From Planctomycetota bacterium (GTDB taxonomy: Bacteria; Planctomycetota; B15-G4; JADJEK01), in NCBI GenBank assembly GCA_044225365.1, contig JBGAIQ010000007.1:1-64000 (forward strand): DNA of 64,000 bases, read 5' to 3'. The notes under the pieces are model-generated. The model had not been told where the DNA came from. It did not search any database and was given only the letters and a program-made list of their open reading frames with translations. Position numbers and translations under genes: made by a program. This document shows, piece after piece, positions 29,495-39,048 of this stretch; position 1 is the first letter of the stretch, and each line of letters begins with the position of its first letter.

Positions 29495-29568
29495 CATCAC
29501 GTCACCCGTGGACGAACTCGGCTTTCGGTTCGGCCTGGGACGAAGGCTCCGGCCTCTTCCTCGACGAT
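29495..29568 (+). pseudogene. Short remnant duplicate of part of the 25761-27773 gene
   Basis: 29525-29568 matches 27409-27452 at 40/44 nt; upstream HHVTR versus HYVTR with a frame disruption. Confidence 0.6.
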
Positions 29569-29705
29569 GGCGCGCGATCGAAGGATTTCGCGCCTGACCA
29601 CGAACGAAGCGAGACGCGGGCGAGGAAGCAAGGATTTCGGGATTAGGGCATGCGCACGCAGCCCATCACGAATCCAACGCTCATGAGAACCTCGGGAACC
29701 TCGCC

Positions 29706-30968
29706 ATGTCGATCCTCTTCGCATTCGCTCTCCTCTCCGTCGGCGGCTTCTCGAATCCGCCGTCCCTCGCGTCGTTCGATCCCTCCGCGACCGCGGGTGG
29801 CGATCATGCGAGCCATCATCCGAAGCTGGCGCTGAACGGGCGCCTCGTGTTCTTCGAATCCGCGGCGACGACGCTCGATCCTGCCGACACGACGCCCGAT
29901 CTCGACGTGTACGTCCTCGATCAGGCGACGAGCAAGATCGAGCTCGTTCGACTCGGCGACAAGGACACCGACTCGACGGGAGACTGCAGCTTGATCGGTG
30001 TCTCTACCAACGGGCGCTACGTCGCCTTCACTTCCGCGGACCCCGCGATCGCTCCGGGCGTCGACGGATTCGGTGTCCGCGCGTTCGTCCACGATCGCAT
30101 CAAGAAGACGACGGTTCTCGCATCCGCGACCTACAAGAACGTCGCGATCGGCGGCAGCGTCGGTGAAGGGTACCTGTCCGCGAACGGCCGCTTCTTCGCA
30201 TTCACCACGCCCGCGGTGGGAGTCGTGAAGCTGCCGACGCTCGGCGCCAAGCAGGTCTACGTCCGCGATCTCAAGAAGCACAAGACCGAGTTGGTCACAC
30301 TGACGCTCTCCGGTTCACCGACCACGGTGCCGTGCTTCACGCCGAAGGTGTCGAACAACGGTCGCTACGTGTTCTTCGTCTCGAACGATTCGGGCTTCGT
30401 GGCAGGGGACACGTTCGCGTCTACCGACGTACTGGTGCGCGATCGCAAGACGAAGACGACGTCGTACGCCGCATACGGAAGCAATGGACCGCTTCCGAGC
30501 GGTTGCATCGACTATGCGATCTCCTCGAACGGTCGCGCCGTCGCGTTCGCTGCGGGAGGGGATGTCGTCGGCGACGGTGGCGCAGTCGGCGGCGTGTACG
30601 TGCGAAACTTGAAGGCGAAGACGACGGTGCCCGCGGGAAAGACGCCGATGGGGAAGTCGCCCGGCGGTTGTCTCACGGGTGACCTCGCGATCAGCAAGGA
30701 CGGTCGCTACGTCGTGTTCTCGTCGTACTTCGCCGACATCGTGTCGATCGATCCGAACAGCTTCACGCGCGACGTGTTCTACGCCGACACCGTCACCGGC
30801 GACATCACGATCGCGAGCTACGGCATCGCCGGCGCCGGCGCGAGCGCCGACTGCGAGCAGGTTGCGATCTCGGAGGACGCGAGCACGGTGGCGTTCGTCT
30901 CGAAGGCGTCGAATCTCACGCAGATCCCGACGAACTCGATCGATCAGATCTACGTCACGGAGAAGTGA
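29706..30968 (+). CDS. Secreted TolB-like (PD40) beta-propeller protein, paralog 1
   Basis: Repeated S.NGRYV.F.S....DV.V.D blades; signal peptide. Confidence 0.85.
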   Translation: MSILFAFALLSVGGFSNPPSLASFDPSATAGGDHASHHPKLALNGRLVFFESAATTLDPADTTPDLDVYVLDQATSKIELVRLGDKDTDSTGDCSLIGVSTNGRYVAFTSADPAIAPGVDGFGVRAFVHDRIKKTTVLASATYKNVAIGGSVGEGYLSANGRFFAFTTPAVGVVKLPTLGAKQVYVRDLKKHKTELVTLTLSGSPTTVPCFTPKVSNNGRYVFFVSNDSGFVAGDTFASTDVLVRDRKTKTTSYAAYGSNGPLPSGCIDYAISSNGRAVAFAAGGDVVGDGGAVGGVYVRNLKAKTTVPAGKTPMGKSPGGCLTGDLAISKDGRYVVFSSYFADIVSIDPNSFTRDVFYADTVTGDITIASYGIAGAGASADCEQVAISEDASTVAFVSKASNLTQIPTNSIDQIYVTEK

Positions 30969-31056
30969 CCGGACTCGGTTCCTCGATGTCCCACGCTTCG
31001 CGCGGTGACGCGGTCACGAAGTCGCACGCAGGACTCCGGGGCCGCGACACCATCGT

Positions 31057-33090
31057 TCAACCGTGGACGAACGCGGCCTTCGCCTTCGGTCCGTTCTTCA
31101 GGAAGTTCTCGACGCCGATCTTCATGTCCTGCGTCGCGCAGACTTCGCCGAAAGCCTTCGCTTCGATCGCGAGGCCTTGCTCGAGGGTCGTTCGCGCGCC
31201 GTCGAGGATCGCGCGGCACAAGATCGCATCGACCTTCTTGCTGCGGTGGCCGATCTCGACGGGTGGCAACTCCGCGGGCACGTTCGGAAGCGGGCCCGAC
31301 GGCATCGGCGGCGCCTTCAGCGTTCCGTTCGAGAGTGACTTCGCGAGATCGATCGCGCGCTCGACCAACTTGTCGGGATCGCCGTCAACCTCTTCGGAGA
31401 CGAGCCCGATCGCGACGGCGTCCTTCGACGAGATCGGACGCGCAGTGCGCATCATCTCAGCGGCCTTGGCGATCCCTACGATGCGCGGCAATCGCTGCGT
31501 CCCGCCTGCGCCAGGGATGATCCCGAGATTGGTCTCGGGCTGACCCGCGAGCGGCATGAGGTCCCTCGTCGCGATGCGCATCGTGGCGGCCATGGCGAGC
31601 TCGATGCCGCCGCCGAACGCGAGCCCGTTCAGAGCGCACACGACCGGTTTGCCGAGCTGCGCCACCGTGTCGATCGCCGCTTGGGAGTCGCGAGACGTGG
31701 CTTCACCGTGAGCGGCGCTCTCGATCTTCGCGAGGAAGTTCACGTCGGCGCCCGACACGAACGCCTTCTTGCCGAAGCCCGTGAGAACGACGGCCTTCAC
31801 GCTCGCATCGCTCTTCAGCGCCGTCATCTTCGATCGCAGCTCGTCGAAGACGCCCTGATTCAACGCGTTCAGGACCTTCGGGCGGCGAATGGTGAGGACC
31901 GCCACGCTGTCCTTGTCACGACGTTGGATGACGGGGATCTCGAACGGCTCGTTCTTCTCGCCACGTTCCGTGAGGCACTTCGGGACCGGGAACCCCGGGT
32001 GTCGGTCCGCGTACGCTCGAACCAGCGCGAGTGCGTTCTTCGTGCCGATCTGATTCATGAAGCGAAACGCTGGCTTCATGTCGAGCGCGAGTTCGAGGGA
32101 CATGTCGAAATCGGAAATCGAGATGAGACCGGCATCGACGATCTCGCACACGATCCCGAAATACGCGCCGCGCAATTCGTTCGTGATGCGCTCCGCGAGT
32201 TCCGGCGGCACGTCGACGACTTCTCCGCGGCCGGGAGCGTCCCACGGCTGTCCGCTCTTCACGCGCTCCTTCAGGCTCTCCGGCGTCCGATACCACGAGT
32301 TGATCTTGCTCGTGTAGTGGTCGAGGCCGACGGCCGTGATCGGATTTCCGCCCGTGAGATTCATCGCCGTGAACGAACCCACACCGAGACCGAGCGCCTT
32401 CGTCGCGACGGTGTCGATCTGCTTCGTCGTCGCGACGCCCGCGTCGGCGATCTTCAAGCTGGCGAGGAAGAGCCCTTCGAACACGGGATCGAGCGCGTAG
32501 CCATAGCGCGATTTCACCGCGACCGGGACCTTCCCGATCGACTCGTAGAAGGACGAGAGCCACGCGGCGGTTTCCGTTGCGGTGTCCTTGCCCGACACCA
32601 CCTCGACGACCAGGTTCCGCTCGGCCGGGAAGAAGTAGTGAACGACGGCGGTGCGGCCCTTGCGCGCGAGGCTCGCGAAAATGACCTCGGGTTCGAGGTG
32701 CGACGAATTCGAGCACAGGATCGCGGTCTCGGAGACGAGTCCCTCGACCTGACCGAAGATCTTACCCTTCAGATCGCGGTTCTCCGTCGCCGCCTCGATG
32801 ACGAGGTCGCATCCGCGCAGACGATCGTATTCCGTCGTGAACTCGACATGTGCCAGCATCGCGCGCTGCTCGTCGGCCGTGAAGGCGCCCGCTTCGACAC
32901 CCTTGGCGATCTTCTTCTCGAGCTTGGCCTTGCCCTTGGCGAGCGCGTCGTTCGAGACATCGACGACGACCGTGGCGACGGCGTGCGGCGACAACACCTT
33001 GGTGAAGAAGAGTGCGATATCGGGGCCGATCTGACCCGAACCGATGACACCGACTTTGTTGAGCGTGCGGCCGCGATGGCTGTAGGACAT
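31057..33090 (-). CDS. 3-hydroxyacyl-CoA dehydrogenase / enoyl-CoA hydratase fusion (dehydrogenase N-terminal)
   Basis: GVIGSGQIG, VIEAATE, CSNSSHL; C-terminal LNALN, AFVSGAD, GGGIELAMA and GQPETNLGIIPGAGGTQRLPR. Confidence 0.93.
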   Translation of the reverse strand: MSYSHRGRTLNKVGVIGSGQIGPDIALFFTKVLSPHAVATVVVDVSNDALAKGKAKLEKKIAKGVEAGAFTADEQRAMLAHVEFTTEYDRLRGCDLVIEAATENRDLKGKIFGQVEGLVSETAILCSNSSHLEPEVIFASLARKGRTAVVHYFFPAERNLVVEVVSGKDTATETAAWLSSFYESIGKVPVAVKSRYGYALDPVFEGLFLASLKIADAGVATTKQIDTVATKALGLGVGSFTAMNLTGGNPITAVGLDHYTSKINSWYRTPESLKERVKSGQPWDAPGRGEVVDVPPELAERITNELRGAYFGIVCEIVDAGLISISDFDMSLELALDMKPAFRFMNQIGTKNALALVRAYADRHPGFPVPKCLTERGEKNEPFEIPVIQRRDKDSVAVLTIRRPKVLNALNQGVFDELRSKMTALKSDASVKAVVLTGFGKKAFVSGADVNFLAKIESAAHGEATSRDSQAAIDTVAQLGKPVVCALNGLAFGGGIELAMAATMRIATRDLMPLAGQPETNLGIIPGAGGTQRLPRIVGIAKAAEMMRTARPISSKDAVAIGLVSEEVDGDPDKLVERAIDLAKSLSNGTLKAPPMPSGPLPNVPAELPPVEIGHRSKKVDAILCRAILDGARTTLEQGLAIEAKAFGEVCATQDMKIGVENFLKNGPKAKAAFVHG

Positions 33091-33336
33091 GGCTGTTCTT
33101 CGATTGGGATTTCGGAAGGAGTTCGAGCGCGTCCACGCGCATGTCGCTTCCGGACTACGTTCGAAACCGGGCAATCTAAATGAGCGCTCGCGTTTGTGCT
33201 AGCCGTGGTTGCGCGGAGGCCTGCTTCGAAGGACCAAGAACTCGGGATCTCGGGATTGGGAGAGACGCCGCGAGCCATGCGCGGATCCTGCACCTCACGT
33301 CCAATTCATCCCCGATCCCAGGAAGCTGCTCGACCC

Positions 33337-34605
33337 ATGATGTCCCTCGTCGCCACCCTCTGCTTCGCCACGATCGTAGACTTCTCGAACCCGTCGATCC
33401 TCGCTTCGCGAAACGCGCTGTCCGGCGATGCGGGGAACGCAGGCGCCTATCGTCCAGTGCTCGCGAAGAACGGGAGGCTCGTGTTCTTCGAGTCCGGTGC
33501 CACCAACCTCGATCCCTCCGACGTTACGACCGATCACGACGTCTTCGTACTCGACCGCCAGGGAACGGGCGTCCAGTTGGCGAAGCTCGGAGATGGTAAC
33601 ACCGACGTGATTGGCGACTGCTATCTCGACGGCGTTTCGAGCAACGGTCGGTACGTGTGCTTCAGCTCGAGCGCGTCGGGAGTCGTCCCGGGCGTCATCC
33701 CGAACGGGATCCAGGAGTACGTTCATGATCGCAAGACCGGGAAGACGATTCTCGCGTCGATGACGACGATGGGAGGCCCGCTCCTCGGCTCGATCTACAA
33801 CGCCTCTCTGTCGCCGAACGGACGGTACTGCGTCTTCACCACCTCGGCATCGGACGTCGTCCCCGGCGTGTCGACGGGCATCCTCCAAGCGTACGTCCGC
33901 GACTTGAAGGCCGGGAAGACCGAACTCGCGTCCGTCGGGTTCAACTCCCAGCCCGCGAACGGCGACTGCTTCGCTCCCAAGGTCTCCAATGATGGCCGCT
34001 ACGTGTTTTTCACGAGCAACGCCACGACGCTCGTTCCCGTGGACGCGAACCAGACGCACGACGTCTTCGTGCGCGATCGCAAGCTGCACACGACTCTGCG
34101 TGCGGCGCTCGGAGCGAATGGAGAACTCGCCAAAGGCGCCGGCGAATATCGAATCACGCCGAATGGAAAGACGATCTTCTTCACGACGGACTCGGACGCT
34201 CTCGGCGACGGCAGCTCCGTCTACCGCGGGATCTACGTTCGGAACATGGCGACGGGCGAGGTCGATGCCGCTGCCCGAACGCAGCAGGGGTCGCTCGTCG
34301 GCGGGATCGAGAGCGGTGATTTCGCGATCAGCAAGTCGGGCCGCTACCTCGCCTTCACGACGTACTACACGTCCATCGTGACTCCGGACCCGAGTGGATC
34401 GAAGCGCGACGTTTTCGTCGCCGATCGCAAGCTCGGAACTGTGAAGATCGCGAGCGTGGGAATGGGTGGCACGGGCGTCAACGCCGATTGTTCGCACGCC
34501 GAGATCAGCGGGAACGGACACGTGGTCGCGTACGACTCGATGGCCACGAACCTGAATCCCGTACCGTCGCTCGGCAAGACGCAGGTGTTCTACACCGAAC
34601 CGTGA
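33337..34605 (+). CDS. Secreted TolB-like (PD40) beta-propeller protein, paralog 2
   Basis: Same blade repeats; colinear with the 29706 protein. Confidence 0.85.
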   Translation: MMSLVATLCFATIVDFSNPSILASRNALSGDAGNAGAYRPVLAKNGRLVFFESGATNLDPSDVTTDHDVFVLDRQGTGVQLAKLGDGNTDVIGDCYLDGVSSNGRYVCFSSSASGVVPGVIPNGIQEYVHDRKTGKTILASMTTMGGPLLGSIYNASLSPNGRYCVFTTSASDVVPGVSTGILQAYVRDLKAGKTELASVGFNSQPANGDCFAPKVSNDGRYVFFTSNATTLVPVDANQTHDVFVRDRKLHTTLRAALGANGELAKGAGEYRITPNGKTIFFTTDSDALGDGSSVYRGIYVRNMATGEVDAAARTQQGSLVGGIESGDFAISKSGRYLAFTTYYTSIVTPDPSGSKRDVFVADRKLGTVKIASVGMGGTGVNADCSHAEISGNGHVVAYDSMATNLNPVPSLGKTQVFYTEP

Positions 34606-34699
34606 TCCATTCGGTCGCGGGCCGATATCGCCGAGACCCCGGACGGATTTCCCGGATCGAAGGAATGAACGAACTCTTCTCCTCCGGATCGGGGTCTCC

Positions 34700-35965
34700 A
34701 TGTTCTTCTTCGCGGCGGCACTCGCTCTCTCTTCATCACCGCACTTCGAGGCGCCGGCCACGATGGTGTCGGCCGTACCCGGTACGAACACGTTCGCGAA
34801 CGCCGGAAGCAACGGTCCCCGACTCGCGAAGATGGGAAGGCTCGTCTTCTTCACTTCGACAGCGACGAACCTCGATCCCGCGGACAAGTCGGCCGATGAC
34901 GACGTCTTCGTCTACGACGGCGCGAAGAACAAGCTCGAACTCGTGCGAGTGGGCGATGGGTACGTGGATCCGATCGGAGCTACGTCCCTCTGTGGGGTCT
35001 CGGAGAATGGGCGAATCGTTGCGTTCGTCTCCTACGCGAAGAACGTGGTCCCTGGCGTCCAGGACGGAGTCGGACGAGCGTATCTCCACGATCGCACGAC
35101 GGGACACACCGTTCTCGCAGCGAAGAACCAGAACGGCACGCCGATCGCCGGTGCGGCGATCGAGGCGTCGCTCTCGGAGAACGGCAGGTTCCTGGTGTTC
35201 GTCACCAAGTCGCCAAGCGTCGTCCCGGGCGTCCAGAACGGGGTCGCCGAAACGTATCTCTACGATGTCGCCCACGACGTGGTCTCACTCGCCTCCGTCT
35301 CGAACGATGAGCAGCCGAGCGCTGCGGACACCTTCGGATCGAAGGTCTCGAACGACGGCCGGTTCGTGTTCTTCGTGAGCACCGCCACCAATCTGGTGTC
35401 GAGCAACAAGAACAACTTCGCGGACGTATTCGTCAGAGACATGAAGCTCGGTACGACGGCGCGCGCATCCCTCGGCGTCGCGGGCGAGCTCACGAAAGTC
35501 GTCAACGCGTTCGAGATCACGTCGAACGGGCGGGTCTTGATCTTCAACACGAGCGCCGACGTGCTGGGCGATGGAGGCATCGCTCTCGGACTCTATCGGC
35601 GGGACCTGAAGACCGGGATCGTGACGGGTGCGTGTGCCGGCGCGAAAGTCGCCGTTCCGGGTGGAATCAGCAACGGGCAATACAAAGTGAGCCGAAACGG
35701 TCGGTTCCTCGCCTTCATCACGAACTCGACGGACGTCGTCGACTTCGATCCGAGCAGCTTTCACGCCGACGTGTTCCTCTTCGATGCGAAGAAGAAGCAT
35801 GTCGAGGTCGCAACGTTCGCGGCGAACGGCGGGGGTATCGACAACGACTGCTACTCACCGGCGGTGAGCCGGGACGGAAAGAAGATCGCGTTCGACTCCG
35901 TGGCGACGAATCTCATGGCGCCGGCGACTCCGTTCCAGCACCACACCTACCTCGTCACGCGTTGA
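34700..35965 (+). CDS. Secreted TolB-like (PD40) beta-propeller protein, paralog 3
   Basis: Same blade repeats; colinear with paralogs 1 and 2. Confidence 0.85.
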   Translation: MFFFAAALALSSSPHFEAPATMVSAVPGTNTFANAGSNGPRLAKMGRLVFFTSTATNLDPADKSADDDVFVYDGAKNKLELVRVGDGYVDPIGATSLCGVSENGRIVAFVSYAKNVVPGVQDGVGRAYLHDRTTGHTVLAAKNQNGTPIAGAAIEASLSENGRFLVFVTKSPSVVPGVQNGVAETYLYDVAHDVVSLASVSNDEQPSAADTFGSKVSNDGRFVFFVSTATNLVSSNKNNFADVFVRDMKLGTTARASLGVAGELTKVVNAFEITSNGRVLIFNTSADVLGDGGIALGLYRRDLKTGIVTGACAGAKVAVPGGISNGQYKVSRNGRFLAFITNSTDVVDFDPSSFHADVFLFDAKKKHVEVATFAANGGGIDNDCYSPAVSRDGKKIAFDSVATNLMAPATPFQHHTYLVTR

Positions 35966-35984
35966 AGCGTCCGCGCCCTTGTCG

Positions 35985-37493
35985 TCAGGGCGCCGAGGCT
36001 CTGTAGAACTCCATGAGGTCGGCCTTCATCTTGGCGAGGCTCGAGCGCTGGATGTAGATCATGTGGCCTGCGGGATACTCGGCGCGCTGCAGGCGGCCAC
36101 GTTGTTCGGGATCGAGACCGAGGTGATCGAGGACGTACCAGCTTGCGAAGTACGGCGTCGCGAAATCGTAGTGTCCGCCAGCGACGAAGACGTGAAGGAA
36201 CGGGTTCACGGTCATGGCATCGCGCAGACGCGTCGCAACGTTCACGTACCGATTGCGCGCGCCGCCCCAGTTCCAGGGCTGGACGCGGCCGGTGAGGATT
36301 TCGTAGGGCAGATCGCTCTCGAAGCCGAGTTCGCGTCGAACGTAGTCGTTGAGGGCGCCAGAGAACACGCCTTGGATGTTCGCGTAGCTCGGGTCGTAGC
36401 GCACCGAGTCGGCGGCGGCGTCGGGGTCGATTCCGACGAAGCGCGAGTCGAGGCGCCCGATCGTGCGACGGCGATCCCGCAGCAGTTCGGCCTGGAAGCG
36501 ATCGAGCGAGACGCGCAGATTGCATTGCATCACGAAATCCGGCGAGAGTCCGAGATAGCGACCCATCTCGGTCGCCACGGCACGACGATCGGCGTCGGGG
36601 AGCGCGTCGCCCTTCATCAACGCGAGGGTCCAAGGTCCGAGGACCTTCGCCTCGACGTCGCGAAGGATCTTGTCGAGATCGCTGCCCAGATCGGGCGCGA
36701 GCTTCTTGTGGAAGAACGCCGTTGCGGTGCAGGTGGGGTACTGGAGGAGATACGCGATATCGTTGCCGGGATCGGTCTCGACCGTGTGGAAATCGAGGAT
36801 CGCCGAGATGAGCACGACCCCGTTCAAGTACATCCCGTGGCGATCCTGAAGTTGGCGCGAAAGCGCGGCTGCGCGCGTGGTGCCGTAGCTTTCGCCCGCG
36901 AGGAACTTCGGCGATGGCCACCGCTTGTAGAACGTCGTGAACAGGCGGATGAACTCGGAGACGGCGTCGACGTCCTCGTCGAGACCGTAGAACTGCTGCG
37001 GATTCTCGCCGGGGGCCGTGCGGCTGTAGCCCGTGGTCGGCGGATCGATGAACACGAGATCGGAGATGTCGAGCAGCGTGCTCGGATTCTCGATGATCTT
37101 GCTCGGCGGCGGCCCGGCGTTCCCCTCCGCATCGAGTTCGACGATCTTCGGTCCGAAACAGCCGAGGTGCAGCCAGACGGAGGACGATCCCGGTCCGCCG
37201 TTGAAGATGTAGGTGATCGGTCGCTTGGCGACGTCGGTCACGCCGCTCTTGAAGTACGCGGTGAAGAAGATCCTGGCCTTCTCCTTGCCGTCCTCGGACT
37301 TCAATGGGAGCGTCCCTGCGACCGTGTCGTAGGCCAGCTCCTGACCTCCGACGTGCGTGGTCGCGGTGCGACGGACGTGGTCCTTGTCGAGCGCAGCTTC
37401 CGGCGGCTTCTTGGGGGGATCCTCCGCGTGGGCCCGAGTGGCGGAGATCAGGCAAATCACGAGCAACGACCATCGCAGGACGATTCGACTCAC
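35985..37493 (-). CDS. Serine carboxypeptidase, S10 family
   Basis: FNGGPGSSSVWLH, DLVFIDP, GESYG nucleophile, YDFATP and GHMIY; signal peptide. GTG start chosen by RBS. Confidence 0.93.
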   Translation of the reverse strand: MSRIVLRWSLLVICLISATRAHAEDPPKKPPEAALDKDHVRRTATTHVGGQELAYDTVAGTLPLKSEDGKEKARIFFTAYFKSGVTDVAKRPITYIFNGGPGSSSVWLHLGCFGPKIVELDAEGNAGPPPSKIIENPSTLLDISDLVFIDPPTTGYSRTAPGENPQQFYGLDEDVDAVSEFIRLFTTFYKRWPSPKFLAGESYGTTRAAALSRQLQDRHGMYLNGVVLISAILDFHTVETDPGNDIAYLLQYPTCTATAFFHKKLAPDLGSDLDKILRDVEAKVLGPWTLALMKGDALPDADRRAVATEMGRYLGLSPDFVMQCNLRVSLDRFQAELLRDRRRTIGRLDSRFVGIDPDAAADSVRYDPSYANIQGVFSGALNDYVRRELGFESDLPYEILTGRVQPWNWGGARNRYVNVATRLRDAMTVNPFLHVFVAGGHYDFATPYFASWYVLDHLGLDPEQRGRLQRAEYPAGHMIYIQRSSLAKMKADLMEFYRASAP

Positions 37494-37562
37494 CGGTAAG
37501 TCCTCTTCATCGTGGAGCTTCTGCGGCATTCCAGGGGTCGAACCATTTCACCAGAATCCGCC

Positions 37563-37589
37563 TCAAACGCATCCCTCGAGCGCCGAAGA
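37563..37589 (+). promoter_or_regulatory. Candidate sigma28-type promoter (TCAAA-N14-GCCGAAGA)
   Basis: Resembles TAAA-N15-GCCGATAA; lies upstream of the DRVEIS/DUF5610-like gene. Confidence 0.35.
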
Positions 37590-37710
37590 ATAGGGGTGGT
37601 CGATCTCGTCGTCGCTTCCCTGCGTGGGGCGGTCGGAGGGCTCGACTCGAGAGGGTAGGAGGCGGGGCGGACGAGGGATGGGCCCTCGGGAGCTCCGATG
37701 GAGGCGCACG

Positions 37711-38283
37711 ATGGATGCGCAGGATGTGCCAGGACCGTCGGAATCCGCGGAGATTCCGAGTATCCCGATCTTCCCGGCGACGCGACTCGAGCGTCGGCCG
37801 CAATCCCCCCTTCGTGAGTTCCTGAAGTCCAAGCTGGACGACGCCACGAGCGTGGAGGGAACCGATCGCGTCGAGATCTCGGCGCGTGGCCGCGACTACC
37901 ATTCGACGCAGGTCCTCTTCGAGCGCATCGCGCGCTCGTTCAACGACGCTGCGCGGTCGACTGGGATTTCGTCGGCGCTCGACCTGACGCGCCTCGACGG
38001 CAAGCTCCTCGACTCCCCGGACTCGTCCCCCGATGTCACTGCCGGCTTCGTATTGGAGGAACTGCAGCGCGTTGCCTCGGCGAGCTTCGCGCGCGGCGAG
38101 GCCGTGAAGACCCGCGCCTTCGAGTCGTTCCGCGAAGAGGCTCGCACGGCGGCGACGACGGCGCTCGATGCGGCGAAATCGCGCCTCCAAGCCGCGGGAC
38201 AGCTCGACGACGCGACGAGGAGTCGCCTCGACGCGACCGCCGAGCGGATCGTGAAGGGGATCGCCGAGCTGAAGCCCTTCTGA
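37711..38283 (+). CDS. DUF5610-like hypothetical protein with DRVEIS motif
   Basis: GGAGG RBS; DRVEIS; DSSPDVTA followed by a helical C-terminus. Confidence 0.65.
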   Translation: MDAQDVPGPSESAEIPSIPIFPATRLERRPQSPLREFLKSKLDDATSVEGTDRVEISARGRDYHSTQVLFERIARSFNDAARSTGISSALDLTRLDGKLLDSPDSSPDVTAGFVLEELQRVASASFARGEAVKTRAFESFREEARTAATTALDAAKSRLQAAGQLDDATRSRLDATAERIVKGIAELKPF

Positions 38284-38303
38284 TCTGCTTCCGCTTCTCT
38301 ATC

Positions 38304-39044
38304 GTGACGCGAGTGTATCGCGTCATCCTCGTTCGAACTCAAGGCGCGCGGAACGCGGGTCTCGCGGCTCGCGCCGTCGCCAATTTCGGACCCGCGGAGT
38401 TGTACTTCGCGGCGCCCGTTGATCCCGGTCTGTTCCAGACCTGCGAGTTCTACGAGATGGCCCACGGCGTGAAGAACTCGCGCACTCGCTTCCCAATCGT
38501 CGCCACGCTGGAGGAAGCGCTGGCGGAATGCACCGATTCGTACGGCTTCACCGCGCGGATGCGACGCCATCGGGGGATGCGTGATCTGATGGAGCTCGCG
38601 ACCGAGTTCGACAACCGATCCCACGCACCCGGGGAGCGGATCGCGCTGGTCTTCGGCAACGAGATCGACGGGATGACGACGGAAGAGACCGCGCTGTTGA
38701 GGCACCTCGTGCACATCCGCACGTCGCGGGAGCAACCGTCGATCAATCTCGGGGCGTGCGTGTCCATCGTCATGTCCCGACTCTACGTCGGCGAGGGTGC
38801 GAAGCACGCGAGCAAGAAGCATCGTCCGCTGGCGGCGGCGAAGACGGACATGCTCATCACGCACTTGAAGCCCGCGCTGTTGCGGCTCGTACGCGGCGAG
38901 TCGGCAACGAGGGATCTCGAAGCGAGCATCGATCGCGTCTTTCGCTCGGCGCAGCTCGAGACGCGGGACGCCAGAGCGTGGCATCGACTCGCGCGACTCG
39001 TGCTCGGCGAGACTGCGACCGACGGCGACGACACGAACGGCTGA
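38304..39044 (+). CDS. SPOUT RNA methyltransferase, TrmJ/LasT-like
   Basis: VILVRTQGARNAGLAARAVANFG, FTAR, LVFGNE.DG and PSINL motifs. Confidence 0.9.
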   Translation: MTRVYRVILVRTQGARNAGLAARAVANFGPAELYFAAPVDPGLFQTCEFYEMAHGVKNSRTRFPIVATLEEALAECTDSYGFTARMRRHRGMRDLMELATEFDNRSHAPGERIALVFGNEIDGMTTEETALLRHLVHIRTSREQPSINLGACVSIVMSRLYVGEGAKHASKKHRPLAAAKTDMLITHLKPALLRLVRGESATRDLEASIDRVFRSAQLETRDARAWHRLARLVLGETATDGDDTNG

Positions 39045-39048
39045 GACG

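Noticed and set aside
29706-35965. Calling the propellers TolB
   Set aside because: No TolB N-terminal domain and no tolQRA/pal context.
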